A stretch of DNA of 61,161 nucleotides from a virus (Duplodnaviria > Caudoviricetes): positions 1 through 61,161 of IMG/VR virus record IMGVR_UViG_3300037721_000087, one strand, 5' to 3'. The position numbers and the translations under genes are program-made. The notes beneath the pieces were generated by a model. The model was not told where the DNA came from and searched no databases. It saw only the letters and a list, made by a program, of their open reading frames with translations. Shown here piece by piece: positions 47,945 to 58,590 of the stretch (its first letter is position 1; every line of letters begins with the position of its first letter).

Positions 47945-48516
47945 AGGCCAAGATGCCCGGGCGTGACCAGTGGGGGTACGAGTTGCCGCCCCTGGACGAG
48001 CGGCCACGGGAGGGGCTCCAGTGGGGTGGCGGCATCTACGTCGTGCAGTTCCCCGACTGCGTCAAGGTCGGCCGGGCCTCCGGCTTCTACTACCGCTTGA
48101 GCCAGCACTGGCGCGATGGCGGCACTTCCTACGTCGCCTACCGAACTAGCAGAGACCACGACAACCGCGTCATCGAAGCGCAGGTCCTCAAGGCGGTACT
48201 CAGCAGCGGCGCACGAGTGCTACGCGGAAGCGAGTGGTTCGCAGGGCGCACGTTCGACCAGATCGCCTGGACCGTGGAGCGAACGATCTATCGCTTGACC
48301 GGTGACATCTATCTGTGCGGCAGCGTCACCTACCCCAACCACGAACGGAGACCACCGATGACCATCGACCAGGCCCGTGCCATCGCCGAGGACCCGACCA
48401 GTACGCCCCGCGCACTGCTCGTGCTCGCGCTGCAGGCGTTCCGGGCCGAGCTGGACAAGGAGCAGTCCGCCGCGCTCGAGCGCCAGCGGCTCGTGATGCT
48501 GGGGGACGGGCGATGA
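47941..48516 (+). CDS. GIY-YIG / T5orf172-like protein
   Basis: 'GIYVVQF...VKVGRA...RL', 'GSEWF'. Confidence 0.6.
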   Translation: MKAKMPGRDQWGYELPPLDERPREGLQWGGGIYVVQFPDCVKVGRASGFYYRLSQHWRDGGTSYVAYRTSRDHDNRVIEAQVLKAVLSSGARVLRGSEWFAGRTFDQIAWTVERTIYRLTGDIYLCGSVTYPNHERRPPMTIDQARAIAEDPTSTPRALLVLALQAFRAELDKEQSAALERQRLVMLGDGR

Positions 48517-49028
48517 GCATGCTCAAGCAGTTGGCCGACGACAAGACGCGCGTGCTGGAGCACTTGCGCACAACGCGGAAGTTCATGCCCTACCTGCACG
48601 AGAGCATGTCTGCGCATAGCGTCGTGGAACTACTGGGTAGCCGTGACCGCGCTCAGCGGGCGCTCGTTGCACTGGTCCAGGACAGGAAGATCACTTACCT
48701 GGAGAACTGTTCTCCGGACCACTATCAGGCTTACGCCGCCGACCTGCCGCCATGCCCGACGCTGCCCCGCACCTGGGCACTGCCCGAGCAGCCCGAGGAC
48801 GGCACGCGGATGCAGACACCCGCCCACGGGCTTTACGTGCACTACCAGGTGAGCGCCCGAAGGTGGGCCGAGATGCTGCTTGAGCACGGTCCGATGACCG
48901 AGGTCGTCGAGACCGAGGTCGAGGCCGCCATCCGGCGCATGCGAGAAGACAGGTCCCATGGACGGGAGTCGAGCAACGACGACGTGCAACTCGTCCTCGC
49001 CTTCGTTCTGAACAAGGACACGCCATGA
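48513..49028 (+). CDS. Hypothetical protein
   Basis: ATGA overlap; 171 aa. Confidence 0.6.
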   Translation: MSMLKQLADDKTRVLEHLRTTRKFMPYLHESMSAHSVVELLGSRDRAQRALVALVQDRKITYLENCSPDHYQAYAADLPPCPTLPRTWALPEQPEDGTRMQTPAHGLYVHYQVSARRWAEMLLEHGPMTEVVETEVEAAIRRMREDRSHGRESSNDDVQLVLAFVLNKDTP

Positions 49029-52000
49029 CCGAGCGCAAGCCCGTCCGCCCCATCCCGCTCTCGTTCCGCATCGCCGTCGTAGTGCTCGCCCTCGGCGTGG
49101 TCGGGTTCATCTACCTGCAGGACTGGCGCCTGCTCGCCATGGGCGGGATCGGGTTCGTGCTCGCGGGCGTCGTGTTCGCGCCGACCAAGGAGGGGCCGTG
49201 ATGTCCTTCGGCCCCCAGCCCGACCTGTACATGCCCCCGCCCGACGACCCGCAGGTGCACGAGCCCGAGTGCTCGGCCGGCAACCCGCGCTACATCTACG
49301 TCAAGGCGTGCGAGTGCGGGTTCATCCGGCACGAGCGCGCCCGGCTCGTGCCCGAGCGGCCGGCGCCGCACTGGTCCTGGCTCATGGGCCCGACCGGACA
49401 CCCGGACCCGCACCCGGCCGACGTGGTCGAGATGCGCAGGCGTGAGCTGGCGTGGGCACGAGCGAGGGCACGGGCATGAGCAAGCCCCCGCCCGCCGTCA
49501 CCGGCCTGCTCAAGCGCCGGGCACCCGGCTGGGAGCACACCCTGACCGAGGGCGAGGGCGTCATCTCGGTCTCGACCCTGGGCTACTCGCGCGGGGACGG
49601 CACCCGCCCCCGCGTCACGGTCGAGGCCACCTGCGAGGCCGTGCACCTGTCCGCCCGCCACCCGTCCTCGCGCCGCGCCGTGGTGGCCATCTGGGTGCGC
49701 CGCACCGACCCGGTCGAGACCGGCGGGAAGGCCCATGGCTGGACCCTGGACATGGCCTGGCGGGGCCGGCACGACGGCGAGCACGTACCGGTGCAGCTGG
49801 ACTCCGGCGAGCTCAGCGCCTACCTGAGCGCCCACGACGTGGACGAGTACCTGCGCCTGCGCGACGAGCTGACCGTGCGCAAGGCCGAGACCGCCGCCAA
49901 GACCCGCGCCACCAAGGCGCAGCGCAGAGCGGCATAGACCCATGAAGGAGTCGGGGGACATGAACGCGCCACCAGCACGACGAAGTACCGACCGGGCCAT
50001 CGCCCTGGTCGCGCTCGGCACCTCGATCGGGCTGTGGACGCTGTTCGCGGACCGGATCGAGGTCGACGGCCTGCTCGCCGCCGGGTACGGGCTCGCCGCC
50101 CTGATCACCAGCGCGGGCACGGCGTGGCTGGGCGTGCTCGCGTTCCGCCGGTGGGGGCGCGGGCGATGAACAACGACGAGAGGACGAAGGACATGGACGA
50201 GATCCTGCAGGCCGTGAGCGAGGCGCGCATGGCGCCCGGAGGTCAGGTGCACTGGCACACGCTCTACGACGAGGACGACGACCCGTATGGCGAGCTGTGC
50301 TGGTGCACGGAGACCGACGGCGAGGACCACGAGTGAACGACGAGACCGTGCGCGCGCTCGACGCCCTGGCCACCGACGAGGACCCGCTCGCCGCCCTGCG
50401 GGCGCGCGAGTACCGGCGGATGGTCGAGGAAGCCGGCCGGGACGAGGAGGAGCCATGTTCGAACTGATCGGCGCGAGCGGCGCCGTGGTGCTCGGGATCG
50501 TCATGCTGACCATCGGCCTGGCCAACTACACCACCCCGAGCCTCCCAGTGATCGCCGCGATCGTGTTCGCGGTGGCGTTCCTGATCTGGGCCGTGCGCCA
50601 GGCCGGTGCCGACACGTGATGGAGGAGACGATGAGGATCATCTGGTGGCACGTCGAGCGCCCGACCGACACGGGCACCGTGCGAGTCCTGCCCGAGCGCG
50701 AGGTCGAGGACGAGCCCGAGGTGGAACAGGACGAGGTGCACGCGCCCCGGTGCCAGTGCTTGCCCTGCCGGGTGCGGGAGTTCATGGAGATGGAGCCGTC
50801 GTGAGCGCCGAGGACAGGATCATCCGGGCGATCACCGTCCCCGGACCCGCACCGCACGTGCACGAACAGCAGATCCAGCGCCTGGCGCGCGAGTGGCCCA
50901 CGCTCGCGCAGTCGCTCGCGGTCCTGCTCAAGGAGCGCGGGCTGTCCGTGCCGCCCGCCTGGCGGCCACGATGAACGACTTCCTCATCATCGTCGCCGAC
51001 AACTACCGGGACGCGATGCTCTACGCCCGTGAGCACGACCTCGGACCAGAGCGACGACGCTGGCGGTTCGCGTGCGACATCTTCGACGTCCGGGGCATGT
51101 CCCCCTGTCGTTACGTCGTACTGACTCGCGGGGAGCTGAGCGGGAGCGCCCTGCGGGATCGGCTCGAGCTAGAGCAACACCTGCGCGCGTTCGGGTTCCA
51201 GTGCGTCGAGGAGCCGTCGTGACCCTGCGCGCCCGCGCCCTGGACCGGGCCGCCCGCGCGGCCTGGTTCGTGGGCGTCATGCTCTACGCGCTGGCCATCG
51301 ACCTGGCCGGCGCGCGAGGCCGTGCGCAGCGGGCCCTGCGCTGGGCCACGTACCGGGCCGGGCTCGCGCTCTGCGGGCTGGCCGGGCGCCTGGACGGCTA
51401 CGCGGACCGGTGAGCACCACGCACGCCGGGGCGATCGCGGCGAAGCTGCAGGGCGCGCACCGCGCCCGGACGGAACGAGAGGACACGAGGATGAGCAAGG
51501 ACGAGAGCGTGTGGGACGACACCGGCGTGCGGATCGACCGCGCGCTCAAGGAACTGACCGAGGCGATCGGAGCGATGGCTGAACTCAGGCCGGGCGATGG
51601 CGGGGATGCGGCCGAGCTGGCGCGGGTGACGAGGGAGCGGGACGAGCTGGCCGCGCAAGCGGCCGACCTTCGACGCAGCCTCGACATCGTGAGCGACGCG
51701 CACGCCGCCGCCGAGGAACGGCTCGAGCAGGTCGGGCACGGGCTCACGGAGGCTGCAGCCCACGTCGACTGCTGGGTGCCGGTGCCGCTGCGCTGGGCCA
51801 CCGTGGTGGCCGGGGACGTGACGGTGTCCACGCGCGGGGGCGAAAACAAGCTGTGGGGTGTGGCAGAGGGCGTGCACGGGATGGAGCCGCGCGTGACGGT
51901 GCAGCGAGCGGGAAAGGAGCGCGGACTCGACGTCGACCCGGACGCGACCGTACCCGTGCTCGTGCGTCACACCGAGCGGGACGCGCTCGTGGCCCTGCGC

Positions 52001-52275
52001 GAGGGCGGCGTGAACGGGTCGGTCGTCGCGCGGGAGGTGAAGTGACTCCCGAGACGTACGCGATCGTGGGCGCGGTCGTGTTCGCGCTGACCCTGACCGT
52101 GTGCGCCTACGGCGAGACGTCGCGGGCCGACCGGCGCAAGCGGTTCATCGACCACATGAAGTCGGCCACCGTCGGGGCCGTGCTGCCGGCGCTGGTCGCG
52201 GGGGCGATCTGGCCGGCGACGGTGGTCGTGACCCTGGTCGCGATCGTGATCAAGATGGGGGCGCGTGTGCACTGA
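49025..52275 (+). other. About 13 small coupled hypothetical/membrane genes (incl. 49476-49937, 49942-50169, 50971-51222, 51491-52045, 52042-52275)
   Basis: Chain of ATGA/GTGA overlaps on the + strand. Confidence 0.6.
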
Positions 52276-52287
52276 GCTCGCACGAGG

Positions 52288-52320
52288 AGGCGGCCGGCCC
52301 GGTTGGGTCGGCCGCCTTTT
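52288..52320 (+). terminator. Intrinsic terminator
   Basis: AGGCGGCCGGCCC-GGTT-GGGTCGGCCGCCTTTT. Confidence 0.8.
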
Positions 52321-52373
52321 GCGTTCATGCACCCGAATGCGGACGCGGGCGCTTGCGTGCTACGATCTTGGGC

Positions 52374-52538
52374 ATGACAGAGCCCTCACCGCAGTACCTG
52401 AACATCCGAGTGCGACCTGACCTGGTCGAGCGCGTCCGGGCTTGGGCCGAGCGCGAGCGGCGCACCTTGAACGCCTCGGCGAACCTGCTCATCGAGCGGG
52501 CGCTCGACGCAGAGGAGAGGGGTGGACGCCCCGCGTAG
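52374..52538 (+). CDS. Ribbon-helix-helix (Arc-like) DNA-binding protein
   Basis: 'LNIRVRPDLVERVRAWAERERRTLNASANLLIERAL'; TGc-TACGAT 7 nt before ATG. Confidence 0.8.
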   Translation: MTEPSPQYLNIRVRPDLVERVRAWAERERRTLNASANLLIERALDAEERGGRPA

Positions 52539-52621
52539 TGTGACTCCACCACCCGGACCGCTGCGCTCCCCGCCTCCAGCCCGGGTGACCCCCTCGAATA
52601 CGAGGACGGCCGGTCACCGTA

Positions 52622-53335
52622 GTGACCGACCGTCTCGACGCCTCTTCGCAGGAAGGCAGCTACATCGTGCCACATCAGATCCCAGCTATCGAGACCCGTT
52701 ACGCCGGGTGCAGGTTCCGTTCACGCCTGGAAGCGCGGTACGCCGTGTTCTTCGACCACCTCGGCATTGCGTGGGAGTACGAGCCGGAGGGCTTCGAGAC
52801 CTCGCAGCGTCTCACTCTCGGACCCGAGAAGGTCTGGTACCTCCCCGACTTCTGGTTGCCCACCCTCGGTGTCTATGCCGAGGTCAAGGCAACACTGACC
52901 GAGCCCGAGTGCGTCCGCCTGCTCGACATCGCGGCCAGTCTGTCCTCTTCCGATGGCGGCGGGTGTCATGACAGCGGTGGCCATGACCTCATCGTGCTCG
53001 GCCCGGTGCCTCGCCGTTCGACCGTGCCCGCGCGCTTGCACATGCACAAGGGCTGCCTACTGGCCGCTCGGTTCAACTTCGGAGTCGGCCGCTTCATCGA
53101 CCCCTGCAGGGGGGAGCACCTCGCCTGCGACCTCGGTGGTGACGGCATCTTCGAGCAGTACGACCTCGTCCGGCACGACCACCAGTGGCATCCGTCGTCC
53201 GAGTTCCTAGAAAACGCCAAGCACCTCGGCCAGTTCCTGCTCAACGGCATGTCCGCGTACGAGCTCGACGGCCTGGTCGCTCCGGCGCACCGTGCCGCTC
53301 GCTCTGCCCGGTTCGAGCACGGGGAGCAGGGATGA
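52622..53335 (+). CDS. PD-(D/E)XK-family nuclease
   Basis: 'FRSRLEARYAVFFD', 'WEYEPEGF', 'YLPDFWLP', 'EVK'; true start may be GTG at 52667. Confidence 0.75.
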   Translation: MTDRLDASSQEGSYIVPHQIPAIETRYAGCRFRSRLEARYAVFFDHLGIAWEYEPEGFETSQRLTLGPEKVWYLPDFWLPTLGVYAEVKATLTEPECVRLLDIAASLSSSDGGGCHDSGGHDLIVLGPVPRRSTVPARLHMHKGCLLAARFNFGVGRFIDPCRGEHLACDLGGDGIFEQYDLVRHDHQWHPSSEFLENAKHLGQFLLNGMSAYELDGLVAPAHRAARSARFEHGEQG

Positions 53336-53492
53336 ACGGCGAACAGGGGGAGGAAGACCAAGGCCCCCCGCGTCCGCTCGACGTCTGGCGCATCTGCGGC
53401 CGGCCGACCGAGGCCGGATGCACGTGCGATGACCGATGGGGCCCGTCCCCGCTCGTGGTCGTCGCCGCGCTCAAGCGCCTGGGCGGTGAACT

Positions 53493-55784
53493 GTGACCGA
53501 GTGGACCCAGCAGCTCGCGCTCGCCGAGGCCGTACGCGCCCGCGATCGTGGATGGCGCCCGTTCCCGGTCGACCACCCGCACGCGGTCGGTGCAGCGCTC
53601 GACGCCAAGGGCAACCCCACCGGGTGCTCCGGTGCGCACAAGCGCCCGGACTGGCTCCAGGGCATGCCGTGCGATGGCAAGCGCGGCAAGCACCCGGCCG
53701 TGAAGTTCAAGGACTCTGCCGCCACCTCGACAGCCCAGGGCGACGGCATGCTCGCCAGCTGGTTCACCCGGGGCGGTGAGCCGCGCAACGTGGGCATCGC
53801 CTGCGGGGCCAGCGGGCTGATCATCCTCGACTCCGACGAGCCGGGTGCGTTCGAGCGAATGGCCGTCGACCTAGGCCACGAGCTGCCGCGCACGTACCGG
53901 GTGCGCACCTCGGCGGACTGGCACTGGTACTTCGACGCCAGCGACCACCCCGACATCGGCAACGCCGAGGGCCTGCTCGCTGCCTACGGGATCAACGTGC
54001 GCGGCAAGGGCGGCTACGTGGTCGGCGCCGGCTCGCTGCACGCGAGCGGGCGCATCTACGCGGCCGAGGACCCGGACGCGCCCGTCGCACCCCTGCCGGC
54101 GTGGATCGCGCAGGCCATCGCTACGAAGGTGGACGGAGGAGAGGACGACGGCGAGACGTTCGACGGAGACCAGGACGCGCCCCGGTTCATCGACCAGGAG
54201 CAGGCCCTCGTCGAGTTCTACGAGGCCGTGGCCACCATCCAGCACCAGGGCAACACCTTCCGCCAGGACGAGCTCTTCCCGGCCGCGCTGGACGGCTGGC
54301 GGTGCGTGGACAACGGGTGGCTGACCGAGCGCCAGATGAAGCTCGCACTCAAGGACGCGATCTGGCGGGTGTGGAACGCCGACCCGGACGCGGCCGACAT
54401 CCAGATCATCAACGTCGAGGCGCGCAAGCGGGCCGACCGCTCGCCGTGGTTGCCCCATCCCGAGGTGCAGGAGATCGGTACGGCGCCGCCGGAGCCACCA
54501 CCCGTGGTGGGCCCGCCCGAGAACCCGATGGAGCTCGGCGACGCACCGGTGGACGTGCTCTCTGACCCGGACGCGGGGACGGCCGATCCGGCGGACGCGT
54601 TCGTCGAGCTGGCCTACACCCGGCTCAAGGCCAGGCGCATCGCCGAACGGCGACTCGACGCGGAGGAGGCGGGGGAGCCCGCGCCGCCCACGTCCACCAC
54701 TCTGCGGGACCTGCTCGCCGAGCCGGACGAGAGCGCGCCCTACCTCATCGCCGGGCTCTGGCCCATCGGCGGGAAGGTGATCCTGTCGGCCCAGCAGAAG
54801 GCCGGCAAGACCACGATGGTGGGCAACCTGCTCCGGTCGGTGGTCGACGGAGACCCCCTGCTCGGACCCAGGCCCGGCACGCTCGTCAGTGCGGGTGCAC
54901 ACCCCGGGTTCCCGGTCGACCCTTTGGGCGAGGACGAGGCCGTGTTCGTGGCCGACTTCGAGCTCGACCGGCGGATGATCCGGCGCTGGCTGCGCGACCA
55001 CCGGATCCGCAACGGCCACCGGGTGCACATCGAGACGTTCCGGGGGCAGACCTGGGACATGCGCGACGACCGGATCCGTGCCCAGTGGGCGCGGCACCTG
55101 CGCGACCTGAACGTCCGGGTCATCATCCTGGACCCACTCGCGCCCGTCCTCTCATCCTTGAACATCGACGAGATCGACAACAAGGGGGTGGGCCAGTTCC
55201 TGCACGCGATGGACGCGCTCGTCGCCGAGGCCGGCGCGGGAGAGCTGCTCATCACTCACCACACGACCCATGACGGAGAGCGTGGACGTGGCGCATCGGT
55301 CCTGCGCGGATGGCCGGACGCAGAGTGGCGCTTCGTGGTCGAGCGGCCCGAGAACGGGGGTGAGCCCGAGCCGGGCGCGGCCCGGTTCTTCGCCGCCACC
55401 GGACGCGACGTGGCCGAGCCGGAGCGGGCTCTGGCGTTCGAGGCGGAGACGCGCACCCTCTCGGTCGCGGGGGGGTCGCGCACTGCGCACGCGGTCGATC
55501 GGCACAGCGGGGCGCTCGTCGATCTGGTCAAGCTCACGCCCGGTATCGCCAAGCGGGACCTGATCGACGCCCTCAAGGGTGGGACCAAGGTCCGGTCCGA
55601 GACGGCCGCTGCGGTCATCATGACGGCGGTCAAGGCCGGGCTCATCCACGTGCACAACGGGCCGAACCGGTCCCTCGTGCACTACCCGGAGGCGCCCAAC
55701 CGGGGGTGCGCACACTGCTGGGACGAGGGTCTCGTGGGGCCCTCCAGCGGGGCCGAAAACGGTGTTACCGGAGCCGATTCGTAG
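53493..55784 (+). CDS. Bifunctional primase-polymerase fused to RepA-like (AAA_25) helicase
   Basis: 'GKHP', 'NVGIACG', 'IILDSD', 'HWYF', 'VRGKGGYVVGAGS'; Walker A 'QQKAGKTT', Walker B 'IILDP', 'HH', 'RGAS'. Confidence 0.9.
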   Translation: MTEWTQQLALAEAVRARDRGWRPFPVDHPHAVGAALDAKGNPTGCSGAHKRPDWLQGMPCDGKRGKHPAVKFKDSAATSTAQGDGMLASWFTRGGEPRNVGIACGASGLIILDSDEPGAFERMAVDLGHELPRTYRVRTSADWHWYFDASDHPDIGNAEGLLAAYGINVRGKGGYVVGAGSLHASGRIYAAEDPDAPVAPLPAWIAQAIATKVDGGEDDGETFDGDQDAPRFIDQEQALVEFYEAVATIQHQGNTFRQDELFPAALDGWRCVDNGWLTERQMKLALKDAIWRVWNADPDAADIQIINVEARKRADRSPWLPHPEVQEIGTAPPEPPPVVGPPENPMELGDAPVDVLSDPDAGTADPADAFVELAYTRLKARRIAERRLDAEEAGEPAPPTSTTLRDLLAEPDESAPYLIAGLWPIGGKVILSAQQKAGKTTMVGNLLRSVVDGDPLLGPRPGTLVSAGAHPGFPVDPLGEDEAVFVADFELDRRMIRRWLRDHRIRNGHRVHIETFRGQTWDMRDDRIRAQWARHLRDLNVRVIILDPLAPVLSSLNIDEIDNKGVGQFLHAMDALVAEAGAGELLITHHTTHDGERGRGASVLRGWPDAEWRFVVERPENGGEPEPGAARFFAATGRDVAEPERALAFEAETRTLSVAGGSRTAHAVDRHSGALVDLVKLTPGIAKRDLIDALKGGTKVRSETAAAVIMTAVKAGLIHVHNGPNRSLVHYPEAPNRGCAHCWDEGLVGPSSGAENGVTGADS

Positions 55785-55788
55785 ATCG

Positions 55789-55954
55789 TGTTCCCGTGAT
55801 CTTGCTCGGGGAACACGGGAACACGAAATCGAAGATCCTTTACGAGCCTCTGACCAGTATGTTCCCGTGTTCCCGCATGTTCCCCAAGATCATGGGAACA
55901 CCGGGAACGCCGATGTTCCCGCGCGTTCCCGGCCCCCCCCCTTTAGGGGGGCCG
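55789..55954. repeat. Putative replication origin with iteron-like repeats
   Basis: About 10 copies of (T/C)GTTCCC in both orientations plus CCGGCCCCCC...TTTA...GGGGGGCCGG, directly after the primase-helicase. Confidence 0.65.
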
Positions 55955-56063
55955 GAGCGGGGACACCCGTTGGCACACGACAAGATCATCTGCAAGATCG
56001 ACAACTCCACAGCGAAAACGCCCTCGTTCGACGGGCCGTAGAACGAGGGCGCATGCTTCGCCG

Positions 56064-56342
56064 ATGACCAAGCGCCGAGCCGTCCACCCCGATCGCCGTC
56101 CCGACGGCCGGGTGGTCGTCCCGGCACCGCGCCCCTCCCCGGACGTCCGCTGGGCCCAGGCGCTCGCCGCCACCAACGAGCTGTGCGCGTGGCAGCACGC
56201 CGGTGTCCGCTGCGTCGCCGGTGCGGTGGACGTGATCGACGGCCCGGACCCGACCGGTGCTCGGACCGGCCGGGCGGACCGGCCGATGTGCGCACGCCAC
56301 ATCCCGTACGCCCTGGCGGCCGGAGGTGTCCGGCTCCGTTGA
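56064..56342 (+). CDS. Hypothetical protein
   Basis: ORF after the origin with CAW/CVA/CARH motifs. Confidence 0.45.
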   Translation: MTKRRAVHPDRRPDGRVVVPAPRPSPDVRWAQALAATNELCAWQHAGVRCVAGAVDVIDGPDPTGARTGRADRPMCARHIPYALAAGGVRLR

Positions 56343-56463
56343 CCTGACTGCTATGGTTCGCCAGTCGATCGCGCTCCCCACGAGATCGGCGAGCAACCTC
56401 CGATGCGCCCGGACGTCTTGATGTTCGAGAGCACATCCCCCGATCGAGAGGACCCCGGCTCCC

Positions 56464-57159
56464 GTGAGGACCCGAACACTGCTCGCCAGCACGCTCGGCA
56501 CGCTCCTGCTCGCCGCGCTGACGCTCCCCGGCATCGCTACCGCGCAGCCTGCGGCCCGCCAGCCCGTCGTGATCACCGCCGCGAAGGCCTGCGGGGTCGT
56601 CACGCTCACGTTCGTGAACCCCGAGACCGACGTGGCCAAGGTGCACGGCTTCCGCTGGAACGCCGTGCGGGGCGACGTCGCCACCGCTGACGCAGCGCGC
56701 ACCGGGCTGGTCACCGTCGCCCCTCGCGCCACCGTCAAGGAGACGATCCGGTTCGACGAGGACGAGTTCGGCGGCGAGGCCGCCGTTACGGTGGCCGTCG
56801 CGTTCGGGCCCGACTCCGACATTCAGCCCCGCCTGGACGTCTACCCGGTCGACACCGACTGCACCGCCCCCAAACGCGGCGACGACTGCGTGGTCAAGGT
56901 CGGCGTGGACGCGGGCGAGGTCGGCAAGCTGAACCTGGGCCTGCTGTGCGAGAGCCTCACCCCGGGCACGACCGAACCGCCGGTGCCACCGACCACGACG
57001 GTCACCCCGCCGCCTCCGCCGTCGGTGACCACGAGCGTCGCCCCGCCCCCCGCGCCGTCCACCACGACCACCCGCCCCCGCGCGGTCGACCGCAGCAGCG
57101 ACGACGACTCGGGCGCCTATCCCGTCACGGCACCCGAGACCGGCGGATACACCCTCTGA
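56464..57159 (+). CDS. Secreted Pro/Thr-rich protein, candidate sortase substrate
   Basis: Signal peptide; Pro/Thr stalk; C-terminal 'YPVTAPETGGYTL'; coupled to sortase. Confidence 0.75.
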   Translation: MRTRTLLASTLGTLLLAALTLPGIATAQPAARQPVVITAAKACGVVTLTFVNPETDVAKVHGFRWNAVRGDVATADAARTGLVTVAPRATVKETIRFDEDEFGGEAAVTVAVAFGPDSDIQPRLDVYPVDTDCTAPKRGDDCVVKVGVDAGEVGKLNLGLLCESLTPGTTEPPVPPTTTVTPPPPPSVTTSVAPPPAPSTTTTRPRAVDRSSDDDSGAYPVTAPETGGYTL

Positions 57160-57728
57160 TGCGCCGCTTGGTCGCGATCATCGCGGCCGGGACGGTGCTC
57201 CTGGCCGGATGTGGGACGGCGCTCGACGAGCCCATCGCACCGCCGATCGTCGACACCACCCCGGCCCCCGGACTCGGACAAGTTCCCGACCCGGTCTCGG
57301 TCCAGATCCCCCGCATCGGCGTGGACGCCCCGCTCGTACCCACCGGGCGCACGCCAGAAGGGGCCTGGGAGGTGCCCAGCGTCGCCGCTGACGCGTCCTG
57401 GTACCAACCGGGACCAGAGCCAGGGGAGACCGGCGTTGCCGTGCTCCTGGGGCACGTGGACCTGAACGGAGAGCAGGGCGTGTTCGGACGCCTGCACGAG
57501 CTGGGGCCCGGGGACGAGATCGTGGTCCCGCACCCGGACGGCGCCACGCGCTGGACGGTGGCCGAGGTGCTGACCCGACCCAAGGCCGAGTTCAACGTGC
57601 AGGACGTGCTCAGCCCGGAGGCCGAGCCCGAGCTCGTGCTGATCACATGCGGCGGGAATTTGACCAGGACCGAGCGCGGTGGGCGGTACGAGGACAACGT
57701 GGTGGTCGTCGCCCGGCTCAGCGGGTGA
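57159..57728 (+). CDS. Class F sortase (predicted lipoprotein)
   Basis: Lipobox 'LLAGC'; 'IPRIGVDAP', 'GPEPGE', His in 'LGHVD', Cys in 'LITCGG', 'YEDNVVV'. Confidence 0.9.
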   Translation: MRRLVAIIAAGTVLLAGCGTALDEPIAPPIVDTTPAPGLGQVPDPVSVQIPRIGVDAPLVPTGRTPEGAWEVPSVAADASWYQPGPEPGETGVAVLLGHVDLNGEQGVFGRLHELGPGDEIVVPHPDGATRWTVAEVLTRPKAEFNVQDVLSPEAEPELVLITCGGNLTRTERGGRYEDNVVVVARLSG

Positions 57729-57864
57729 AGGTCACGTGGCAGCACTACCGCACCGGCGGATGGCGGCCCCTCTTCGGGTGGGTGCGCAGCCCGCACACGG
57801 TCGTGTTCAGGATCGGTGCCGCCGGCCACCGGTGGACCGTGCTCGTACGGATCAGGGGGTCGAG

Positions 57865-58590
57865 ATGACCGAACCGTTCCTGCGCCCCGAATGGGCCTGC
57901 GTCCTGCACGCCCCGCCCCGCCGCACCGGTGCCTGGGCTCGCGCGGACCAGTCCTATCGGACGTGCAGCTCGTGCCTCGATAACTTGCGGGACCGGCTCA
58001 AAGAGATCGCCATCCGCTGGGTCCGGCTCTCGCCCGCGCCCGGCGCACAGGGCGAGTCCGGCGGACGGGGTGCGCCCGGGTACGGATCCCGCTCACCCGG
58101 CTCCGACCACGTCATCGCCATGCGCGACCGTCGTTCGTCCCGGGAAGCGCGGGTGTGGGTGGCGCGCGACGGGCGGGTGCACGCCGAGACCGAACGCCCG
58201 CCCCTGAGCGTGCACGCCGAGCTCGCCCAGTTCGCCGGGTTCATCGTCGAGGCGCGCCAGGTGGCGTGCGGGGCGCGCAGCGTGCCAGAGCTCGTGCGCT
58301 GGCTCGACGCCCAGCTCGACTGGGTCACCCGTCGCGAAGGCGTGCTCGACCTGGACCGCGTTCTGCGCGACCTGATCGCGCAGCTGCGCCCGGTCACCGG
58401 CGAGCCCGGCCGGCGCCGGATCGGCACCTGCCCGAACACGGTCGCGGGCGACACCGAGCACCCGCGTGAGTGCGGGGCGGTGCTCTACGCGCCTCTCAAG
58501 GACGACACCATCCGCTGTACTGCATGTGCGCGCGTGTGGACTCGGGACCAGTGGCTCGAGCTGGGGCAGTTGCTCCAGGTGGCGTCCTGA
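57865..58590 (+). CDS. Zn-binding hypothetical protein, possible late regulator
   Basis: CSSC, 'IGTCP...CGAVLY...IRCTACARVW'; last large gene before the HNH and genome end. Confidence 0.6.
   Translation: MTEPFLRPEWACVLHAPPRRTGAWARADQSYRTCSSCLDNLRDRLKEIAIRWVRLSPAPGAQGESGGRGAPGYGSRSPGSDHVIAMRDRRSSREARVWVARDGRVHAETERPPLSVHAELAQFAGFIVEARQVACGARSVPELVRWLDAQLDWVTRREGVLDLDRVLRDLIAQLRPVTGEPGRRRIGTCPNTVAGDTEHPRECGAVLYAPLKDDTIRCTACARVWTRDQWLELGQLLQVAS

Noticed and set aside
54139-54146. GAGAGGAC copy inside the primase gene
   Set aside because: Coding (Gly-Glu-Asp) with no start codon at RBS distance; not counted as a start-associated site.
56343-56463. Possible tRNA or riboswitch upstream of the sortase unit
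   Set aside because: I could not build a cloverleaf or recognise an aptamer consensus by eye; an Rfam search would settle it.
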